Origin: Poseidonia sp.
GTDB lineage: Archaea; Thermoplasmatota; Poseidoniia; Poseidoniales; Poseidoniaceae
DNA: 60,151 bases
Assembly: GCA_030827365.1 (NCBI GenBank)
Contig: JAUREO010000005.1
Span: 1 to 60,151 of the forward strand
Direction of reading: 5' to 3'
Position numbers and translations under genes: made by a program. Below the pieces are notes generated by a model. The model was not told the DNA's origin. It did not search any database and worked only from the letters and a program-made list of their open reading frames with translations. Shown here one piece after another: positions 53,070-60,151 of this stretch (positions within the stretch are counted from its first letter, which is position 1; every line of letters starts with the position of its first letter).

Positions 53070-53954
53070 ATGGCGAATATAGAGGGCAAGGAAAATCGCC
53101 AGAAAATCTATGCTGACGCCATCAAGAATATCGGAAATTCTCCGAAAATCATGGGAATTCTAAATGTGACACCAGATTCATTTTATGAAAACAGTAGAGA
53201 GCAACGTGTTGAGCAAGCCATTTCAATCGGCCTTCAAATGTGGAAGGATGGCGCGACATGGATAGATATTGGAGGCGAATCAACCCGGCCGGGAGCTGAC
53301 ATTGTTCCTGTGGAAGAAGAAATTCAGCGTGTCATTCCAGTGATTGCGGGGTTGAGGGAATATAATCCAATCGGTCTGATTTCAATTGATACCCGAAATC
53401 CTGAAACAGCAAAAGCGGCGCTTCTCGCTGGTGCTGATATGGTAAATGATGTAACTGGACTACAAAATGAGTCTATGTTTGAACTCGTCCTTTCGATGCA
53501 CTGTCCTGTTTGTATTATGCACATGCGGGGTGAACCCAAATCCATGCAGTTGGATGTTGAATATTCTGATGTTGTTTCTGAGGTGAATTCCTTTCTAAAA
53601 CAAAAAATTTCTCAATTGGTCGAAGGAGGTTTTCCATTGAATTTGATCACGGTTGACCCAGGGATTGGATTTGGAAAATTACTCCATCACAACATCGAGT
53701 TGCTTCAAGCAGGTGCATCAACCAAAAAAACACTGAACTGCTCTTTGCTCTGGGGTGTTTCCCGAAAATCTATGATCGGTGAATTAACGGGAAATTCAAA
53801 ACCATCCGATCGCTTAGCGGGTACGCTCGGTTCAGCAGCTTTTGCTATGATGGAAGGTATCGACATTCTTCGAGTGCACGACGTGAAAGAACATGTTGAT
53901 TTTCTCAAAGTGCTTTCATCACTTTACAATGGAAATCTCCAACCGCTCAAATAA
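53070..53954 (+). CDS. folP: Dihydropteroate synthase
   Basis: 'IMGILNVTPDSF', 'DIGGESTRPG', 'ISIDT', 'DPGIGFGK', 'GVSRKS', 'LRVHDV'. Confidence 0.95.
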   Translation: MANIEGKENRQKIYADAIKNIGNSPKIMGILNVTPDSFYENSREQRVEQAISIGLQMWKDGATWIDIGGESTRPGADIVPVEEEIQRVIPVIAGLREYNPIGLISIDTRNPETAKAALLAGADMVNDVTGLQNESMFELVLSMHCPVCIMHMRGEPKSMQLDVEYSDVVSEVNSFLKQKISQLVEGGFPLNLITVDPGIGFGKLLHHNIELLQAGASTKKTLNCSLLWGVSRKSMIGELTGNSKPSDRLAGTLGSAAFAMMEGIDILRVHDVKEHVDFLKVLSSLYNGNLQPLK

Positions 53955-55081
53955 CCAGCGGTTGCAACCCATGCCCCAATCATTGAGCCCAAATTGGTTA
54001 AGGCGGTTACGAGGAGAACTTTACCAGCAGGATTTTTCCAAAATTGAGATATTTCCTCTAATTTGAGGAAGTCTTGCAAATCTTTTGCCGTCGGTTCTTT
54101 CACTTTGAGTTGCACATATCCAGCGAACCAACCAGCGGCAAGGGCTGGATTGAGCGAAGTGATCGGTGAAGCGAGGGCTGCAGTTAAAATGGCATACGGA
54201 TGCCCTCTCGCAATCATGCAAGCCAATGCAGCAAACACTGCATTGGAAATTGTCCAAATCGTAAACAATTCAATCCAATTGATGCTTTGGTTACTCATAC
54301 CCCAAGCGACAAAGAACACTAGGGCGAGAGGAATCAACCAAGGGAAAATTTTAGAGAAAAATCGAGCCTTTGGTGGTTGGTTGATAGCGTTTAAGTGGTC
54401 TCTGCCAACTGGACCCTTCTTGATCTGTTCTTGAATGCCTTGCATATGACCTGCCCCAACGACAGCAAGAATTTTTTTATCTTCAGGCAATTGGAGAATT
54501 TTTCCTGCTAAAAATTGGTCCCGCTCATCAATCAAGACTTCACCTGCACCTGGGGAGAATGTTTTGAGTTCCTCCATTAAAGATGATAGCACATCTGAAT
54601 TCTGCAAGAGTTCTTCAATGTCAACTTCGTCTTCCTCATCATCTGATTCGGATAACAGGCCCATAAGTACCTTCATCTTTTGGATAAAAGTCATTCTTTT
54701 CCAAGCCCTTCGAAGGGTGATTTGAATATCTCTGTCAACCAACGCCACCTCTTTATTCGACTGGTTTGCTTCTTGAACAGCAGCGAGTAGTTCTGCACCC
54801 GGCTGCATATTTTCATCTAATCCGAGTTTTCGTTGTTCTGCACTTAACATAGATTGAAGCAACACCAAGGGGGCTTTTCCCTCTTTGAGAACTTTCAACA
54901 ACCCTTCTTTATCGAAGCGACGTTCTTCCATCAGGGCGTCATGCCTAGATTGACACAATTCAACGGCAACAATGTCAGGGTCGAATTCGGCGATATGAAA
55001 TCGTACATCTTCAACAGACTGTTGTGAAATATGGGCCGTACCGAGAATTCGTATTCTCGGGCCAATGTCAAAAAATGGCAT
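53924..55081 (-). CDS. TraB/PrgY/GumN family protein
   Basis: 'GTAHIS', 'VAVELC..R', 'PGAEL', 'DRDI..TL.R', 'IDERD', 'VVGAGH', C-terminal TMs. Confidence 0.9.
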   Translation of the reverse strand: MPFFDIGPRIRILGTAHISQQSVEDVRFHIAEFDPDIVAVELCQSRHDALMEERRFDKEGLLKVLKEGKAPLVLLQSMLSAEQRKLGLDENMQPGAELLAAVQEANQSNKEVALVDRDIQITLRRAWKRMTFIQKMKVLMGLLSESDDEEDEVDIEELLQNSDVLSSLMEELKTFSPGAGEVLIDERDQFLAGKILQLPEDKKILAVVGAGHMQGIQEQIKKGPVGRDHLNAINQPPKARFFSKIFPWLIPLALVFFVAWGMSNQSINWIELFTIWTISNAVFAALACMIARGHPYAILTAALASPITSLNPALAAGWFAGYVQLKVKEPTAKDLQDFLKLEEISQFWKNPAGKVLLVTALTNLGSMIGAWVATAGYLSGWRFPL

Positions 55082-55099
55082 GTTTTTTCACGTTTTGAT

Positions 55100-55672
55100 T
55101 CAGAATTGAATTTGCACATTTTCTCGAACATGTGCAGCAACTTCCCACAATTCTTTTCGCTCGCATCCTTTGAGACTTGCTACGATGTTTGTAGGAATCA
55201 TTCGAATCGCTTTGTTGAAATTTGTTGAAGATGCATTGTAGAATTCTCTTCGGTCAGCAAGTTGATTCTCGATGGATACGAGTTGGTTTTGAAGTTGCAT
55301 GAAGTTTTGATTTGCTTTGAGGTCTGGGTATTGCTCAGATAGCATGTTGATTCGAGGCAACATGCCCGAAAGAACACCTTCTGCTGCCGCAATGCCACGA
55401 ACATCACCTTGTTGAAGCGCTCCTGCGGCCGCTTGTCGGGCTTTTGCAAATTCTTCAAAGATACTTGCCTCGTGCTCAGCATAACCTTTGACGATGTTGA
55501 CCAGATTTGGAATCATATCGTATCGTTGATTGAGAATGACATCAATATCAGCCCATGACTTGACTGCGTTTTCCTCAAGGTTTGTTAATCGATTCCATAC
55601 ACTGATAAACCATCCTAAAAACATCAAAACGACGAGTCCTGCAACAATCCCAATAATCATATTCGTGTCCAT
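55100..55672 (-). CDS. lemA: LemA family protein
   Basis: N-terminal TM, 'WADIDV.L..R.D.IPNLV..VKGYA.HE', 'E.YPDLKAN.NF..LQ', 'R.FYN'. Confidence 0.93.
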   Translation of the reverse strand: MDTNMIIGIVAGLVVLMFLGWFISVWNRLTNLEENAVKSWADIDVILNQRYDMIPNLVNIVKGYAEHEASIFEEFAKARQAAAGALQQGDVRGIAAAEGVLSGMLPRINMLSEQYPDLKANQNFMQLQNQLVSIENQLADRREFYNASSTNFNKAIRMIPTNIVASLKGCERKELWEVAAHVRENVQIQF

Positions 55673-55811
55673 AATGTTCGGTAAACAAAATTCATTATTG
55701 ATACTTTCCCACGATGGGTTCTCAAAATTTCACTAAATTATGTAAAAATTATTGGTGGTGTGGAATCAAGCGAAACAAAGAGTTAAACCATGATTTGTAC
55801 GATAAATTAGC

Positions 55812-56030
55812 ATGAATGTTGGTGGAAAAGACCGTGTGTTAAGGCTGATGGGAGGCTCATCTCTGCTTGCATTCGATTATTTCGCCTCCTCGACGTGGGA
55901 ACTTATTTTACTCGGTGTGGGTTTGTGGGGGCTCATCACATCTGTTCTCGGTTTCTGCCCTTTTTACACGCTCATGGGAAGAAACACATGTCCGCAAACC
56001 TTTCCTCAAATCACATCGATTCAAGAATAA
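55812..56030 (+). CDS. DUF2892 (YgaP-like) small membrane protein
   Basis: 'MNVGGKDRVLR...G', 'GFCPFY.L.G.NTC'. Confidence 0.85.
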   Translation: MNVGGKDRVLRLMGGSSLLAFDYFASSTWELILLGVGLWGLITSVLGFCPFYTLMGRNTCPQTFPQITSIQE

Positions 56031-57231
56031 TGGCGATTCCTTGTCCGCCACCAATGCAAGCTGTTGCAATGCCGAAGCGACTGTTTGACCGCTTCAACTC
56101 GTGGGCTAAAGTAAGGACGAGTCGCGTTCCAGTTGCTGCGAGAGGATGACCTAAACCGACTGCTCCACCATTCACATTTACTTTGTCGACATCTAAACCA
56201 AGATCACGGATGCAAGCAACAGCTTGTCCTGCAAATGCCTCATTAATTTCCCATCGGTCAATGTCTTCAATTTTCATGTTTGCTCGTTCGAGCGCTTTTC
56301 GAGATGCTGGCACGGGGCCGTAGGCCATGATAGCAGGCTCTAAACCAACAATTCCCCAACTAACAATCCGTGCTAAAGGCGTATCTTTGTCTCGTGTTGC
56401 TTGGGAAGAAGATTTGATGACAACAGCAGCGGCACCATCAACGACACCTGAAGCATTACCAGCAGTAACAAAAGACTCTTTTCCAAAAGCTGTCGGGAGT
56501 GACGCAAGACTCTCCTTTGTTGTATTTCGAACCACGTGGTCTTCGTCTTTATGGGTGATAACAATATCTCCGCGGCGTGAGGGGATGGTCACTGAAACGA
56601 TTTCTTGCTCGAACACATTTTGGTCGATTGAGTTCGCAGTACGTTGATGAGAAAGTGCAGCAAATTCATCAATGCTCTCGCGGTCAATGTTTTTTCTTCT
56701 ACAGAGTTCGTCTGAAGTTTGAGCCATAAACAATCCACATGTCATGTCCTGTAAATTGGTCATCATGTAGTCTTCAACGGGGGGCGACCTGCCGAGTTTC
56801 CAGCCTTGTCGAGCACCACGAAGAATGTGTGGGGCTTGAGACAAATTTTCCATCCCTCCCGAGACAACGGTGTTTGCTTCACCAAGTTGAATCATTTGAG
56901 CACCTGAGATGATAGATTGAATTCCTGATCCGCAAATTCGAGAGAGAGTAAGCATTGGAACTTCTTGTGGAACCCCCGCTTGAAGTCCAGCGTGACGTGC
57001 ACCATAGATCGATTGAGCACAGGTTTGCAGTGCATATCCCATAACAACATGATCTACTTGTTCTGGTGAGGTGTTCGATTTTTCTAATGCCCCACGAATC
57101 GCAATGGCTCCAAGTTGTTGGGCTGAAACGCTTGATAGTGCTCCCCCTGCTTTTCCCGTACCAGTTTTTCCACCTGCCCATTCACAGAATGGCGTTCGAG
57201 CCCCTCCTACTATGACAACATCCTCGACCAT
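56011..57231 (-). CDS. Acetyl-CoA acyltransferase (thiolase)
   Basis: 'GARTPF', 'ICGSG', 'TAGNASG..DGAA', 'EINEAFA', 'GHPLAATG', 'CIGGGQG'. Confidence 0.94.
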   Translation of the reverse strand: MVEDVVIVGGARTPFCEWAGGKTGTGKAGGALSSVSAQQLGAIAIRGALEKSNTSPEQVDHVVMGYALQTCAQSIYGARHAGLQAGVPQEVPMLTLSRICGSGIQSIISGAQMIQLGEANTVVSGGMENLSQAPHILRGARQGWKLGRSPPVEDYMMTNLQDMTCGLFMAQTSDELCRRKNIDRESIDEFAALSHQRTANSIDQNVFEQEIVSVTIPSRRGDIVITHKDEDHVVRNTTKESLASLPTAFGKESFVTAGNASGVVDGAAAVVIKSSSQATRDKDTPLARIVSWGIVGLEPAIMAYGPVPASRKALERANMKIEDIDRWEINEAFAGQAVACIRDLGLDVDKVNVNGGAVGLGHPLAATGTRLVLTLAHELKRSNSRFGIATACIGGGQGIAIILESM

Positions 57232-57284
57232 GAACAATGCACAAAGGTGCGATTCATAATCTCAACGATGGCCCATTTTGTTTT

Positions 57285-57722
57285 TTACAATATGGATGAA
57301 CGGCCAGGAAGACTATGTGGCTGTGAATCCCAAATGACCCAAGTACCACTTGCGGTAGCAATCAATCTTGTATCTACACGGATTTCACCTGCAAGGTGTG
57401 CTACATTTTTCCCACGCCGGACAACTTTTCCTCGTGCTATGGCTATATCACCAACATTGAGTGGTGAGATGAAATTGGTGACGAGTTGAGTTGTAGCACA
57501 CCATTCTTGTTTAGGAAGTTGCGATACGAGGCTGCCACCTAAGGCTGAATCAAGCATGGTCATCATCAGTCCCCCATGAGCAACACCACCCTTATTGAGA
57601 TGTGATTCATTGACCTCTACACCAAATTCCACATTGCCAGGCTCCCAAGTGAGGATGTGAATGCCCATCATTTCAGCCATGCCAGATAATTTTGGAGGGT
57701 CAGAAAAAGGAGAATCATTCAT
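57285..57722 (-). CDS. PaaI family thioesterase
   Basis: 'HLNKGGVAHGG...LDSALG', 'TTQL..NFISP'; ATGA-coupled to yjbQ. Confidence 0.9.
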   Translation of the reverse strand: MNDSPFSDPPKLSGMAEMMGIHILTWEPGNVEFGVEVNESHLNKGGVAHGGLMMTMLDSALGGSLVSQLPKQEWCATTQLVTNFISPLNVGDIAIARGKVVRRGKNVAHLAGEIRVDTRLIATASGTWVIWDSQPHSLPGRSSIL

Positions 57723-58186
57723 GATTTCATCACTCCAACAACTTTGATGAGAATTCTCTTGTTTCGTTGTCCATCGAATTCAGCGTAGTGTATTTGTTCC
57801 CACGTCCCAAGATGGAGACGACCATGTTGTACAGGCATGGTCACTTGTTGTCCCAAAAGTTGTCGTTTAAGATGGGCATCACCATTGTCTTCACCAGTTC
57901 GATGATGGTGATACTCTTCTCCTTCATTTCCGTCAATACCGTGGCATGGGGCTATTTTTTCGAGCCATTGCATGATATCTTGATGCAGGCCATATTCTAA
58001 ATCATTCACATAGCAAGATGCAGTGATGTGCATTGGATTCACAAGGACGAGACCATCATCAATGCCGCTCTCTCGTACGATTCTCTCGACGTCTTGTGTG
58101 ATGCATTGTATTTGGTAACGCTCAGATGTTCGTATGGTTAATTCTTCAACATAAGTTGCGAATGTACCGGTCGTTAATTTTCCCAT
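57719..58186 (-). CDS. yjbQ: YjbQ/UPF0047 family protein
   Basis: 'HITAS', 'NGDAHLK', 'LGTWEQI..EFDG.R'. Confidence 0.9.
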   Translation of the reverse strand: MGKLTTGTFATYVEELTIRTSERYQIQCITQDVERIVRESGIDDGLVLVNPMHITASCYVNDLEYGLHQDIMQWLEKIAPCHGIDGNEGEEYHHHRTGEDNGDAHLKRQLLGQQVTMPVQHGRLHLGTWEQIHYAEFDGQRNKRILIKVVGVMKS

Positions 58187-58223
58187 GCAACGAAAGACTA
58201 CAACTCATTTTATGAAGAATGTG

Positions 58224-58913
58224 TCATACTTTGAAAAGGGAAGAGTCATCTAAACCGCCATTGACCATGAGCATTGGAATACTCACTATAAGTCCACAAA
58301 ATCCGTAACAAATGATGGTAAAGACGGTCGATAACGTAGATACAATTCCACTTCCACTGATTTCGGATAAATTATCACAATCTTCCCTTGTAAGCTCACC
58401 CGCTTCACATTGTGATTCGATAATTTCGTCAGTAAATTGAGCTTCAACAACGCCCAGAACTCCGAACAATATGACGGTCAAGAGGGCAAGTTGGACACCT
58501 CTTCTCTTGTACTTCGTCATTTCAAACCCACCAAAAATAAGTGAAAGAGATAACGGGATGGTAAGAATGGTTGTTAATTTTAACAATGCCAACTCCGGTA
58601 AACTGTATGCTATCAACGAATACCCAGATGCCAATAGGGAGATGACGCCTGCGATAAATACACACACACCAATGATTGAGGCAAGACTTGACTTACCTTG
58701 GATAGGTATAGCCCCGGGTCCAAAGGGTGAAAATGAAGTTTGATTCATTTCAGTGTTACCAATAATCACCGTCTGAGGTTGCGGTGCAGCTTGATTTGGA
58801 TAGTGGTGATGATGAACATCACCCGCAATCACACTATCTCTGATACCACCTCTTCCAGCATCTTCAATCATTTTGAAAGTGGATAATTCATCATCCTTTG
58901 GACCGGCTTGCAT
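58224..58913 (-). CDS. Hypothetical 4-TM membrane protein with N-terminal DSVIxGDVHHHH motif
   Basis: Four hydrophobic helices, loop with a Cys pair; TTCAAAAC 21 nt upstream of ATG. Confidence 0.7.
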   Translation of the reverse strand: MQAGPKDDELSTFKMIEDAGRGGIRDSVIAGDVHHHHYPNQAAPQPQTVIIGNTEMNQTSFSPFGPGAIPIQGKSSLASIIGVCVFIAGVISLLASGYSLIAYSLPELALLKLTTILTIPLSLSLIFGGFEMTKYKRRGVQLALLTVILFGVLGVVEAQFTDEIIESQCEAGELTREDCDNLSEISGSGIVSTLSTVFTIICYGFCGLIVSIPMLMVNGGLDDSSLFKV

Positions 58914-59001
58914 GTGAGTCCTAAAACAGCGAAGGTTTTGAACATTGGTTCAAAAGAATGTGTTCTTGAAGAAGAAAGGTTTGGTTTGAATAGGGCGGAA
59001 C

Positions 59002-59880
59002 ATGAATATCCTTGCAGTCTTTAAGAAAAATTTTGAATCTGTCCATGATTCAAGTTTAGAAGATATGCAAAGAATACTCAAGCAATGCCAACAAAATTAT
59101 GATTTTACCGTCGAATACAAAGCAAGAGAACTTGTTCGGAGATCTGATTTCATTGGTCGAGATTTGGTTATTGTTCTTGGCGGAGATGGCACACTCACCT
59201 CAATTTCTCATAACGTCGATTCAAAAACACCTGTCATGGGGGTCAATTCCCATCCCCGTTCCAGCGATCCCGAAGGTAGTTTTGGATTTTACATGGGCTC
59301 TTCTATAGATTTATTTGAACATGATATTATCGCAGTATTCGAAGGCAAGGCAATCGAAAATGTTCTTCCACGATTGCAAGCAATTGTCGAAAGTACATCT
59401 GGAAATAAATTTACGACCGACCCGGCAATGAACGACTTACTCATTGCAAATACACATCAATACGCTCCAAGTCGATATCATCTTCGGCGTGGTTCAAACA
59501 ACAAAGAGCAACATAGCAGTGGACTTTTGTTTTCAACATGGTATGGGCAAGGTGCGTGGTTTCGAAACGTGCTGCATAAGGAGGATTTCCAAAATATTGC
59601 CAACCGATATCAGATAGGTGAAGAACGAACGCATTATTTTGTCGTTGCAAGAGATATATCTCACCAAGAAAGGAACGCTACTCCATGGGCGTGGCTTGAT
59701 TGGACAAAAGATGACACAACCATTACATCGGACATGCATCGGGGTTTTGTTGTACCTGATGGTTGGGATGAAGTCCATTTCAACCGTGGTGCTACAGTGA
59801 CAGTAAATTTAGACGCCCCCCCACTTCATTTGTACACATTTCGAAAAACAATGAACGAAGTTCTCACTGAAAGTTTGTAA
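59002..59880 (+). CDS. NAD(H) kinase family protein
   Basis: 'LVIVLGGDGTL', 'PVMGVNS', 'RLQ', 'AMNDLLIA', 'SRY', 'SSGL..ST..G'. Confidence 0.8.
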   Translation: MNILAVFKKNFESVHDSSLEDMQRILKQCQQNYDFTVEYKARELVRRSDFIGRDLVIVLGGDGTLTSISHNVDSKTPVMGVNSHPRSSDPEGSFGFYMGSSIDLFEHDIIAVFEGKAIENVLPRLQAIVESTSGNKFTTDPAMNDLLIANTHQYAPSRYHLRRGSNNKEQHSSGLLFSTWYGQGAWFRNVLHKEDFQNIANRYQIGEERTHYFVVARDISHQERNATPWAWLDWTKDDTTITSDMHRGFVVPDGWDEVHFNRGATVTVNLDAPPLHLYTFRKTMNEVLTESL

Positions 59881-59926
59881 AAAAAAGAAAAGGGGTGGAA
59901 ACGGGGAGCCGAAGCTCCCCGTCTCC
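59879..59926 (-). terminator. Stable cUUCGg-capped hairpin (59897-59926) followed by a U-rich tract, downstream of the 16S rRNA
   Basis: Minus strand reads GGAGACGGGGAGC-TTCG-GCTCCCCGTTTCC, then ACCCCTTTTCTTTTTTTT. Confidence 0.7.
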
Positions 59927-59935
59927 GGGTTTCTT

Positions 59936-60151
<216 letters not shown>

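Overview
A densely coding archaeal chromosomal fragment, most consistent with Marine Group II Euryarchaeota (Ca. Poseidoniales, Thermoplasmatota). The assignment rests on archaeal informational genes (RPA, Hel308, Cgi121, aRF1, aIF2-beta, class I LysRS, Trm56, NOG1) mixed with bacterial-type genes (gyrA/gyrB, folB, folP, parvulin, LemA), many secreted or membrane peptidases, and the 3' end of a 16S rRNA gene on the minus strand at the right edge that is not followed by tRNA or 23S. About 50 CDSs, mostly core genome. No CRISPR, transposase, integrase, intein or tRNA was recognised. Most interesting observations: (1) a small protein resembling the phage Mu DNA-circularisation-N/P2 GpU tail fold heading a TadC/TadB pilus-platform unit; (2) a RAD51/BRC-like FxxA motif in an ~80-aa insertion of Hel308; (3) a membrane-anchored Smr-like domain; (4) thymidylate kinase fused to a winged-helix-like region; (5) a SAP domain fused across a TM helix to an M28 peptidase; (6) a degenerate TATA-like octamer at a nearly fixed 21-nt distance from start codons; (7) three convergent gene pairs with an identical CTGATTA junction. 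All product calls come from motif recognition by eye, not from database searches.
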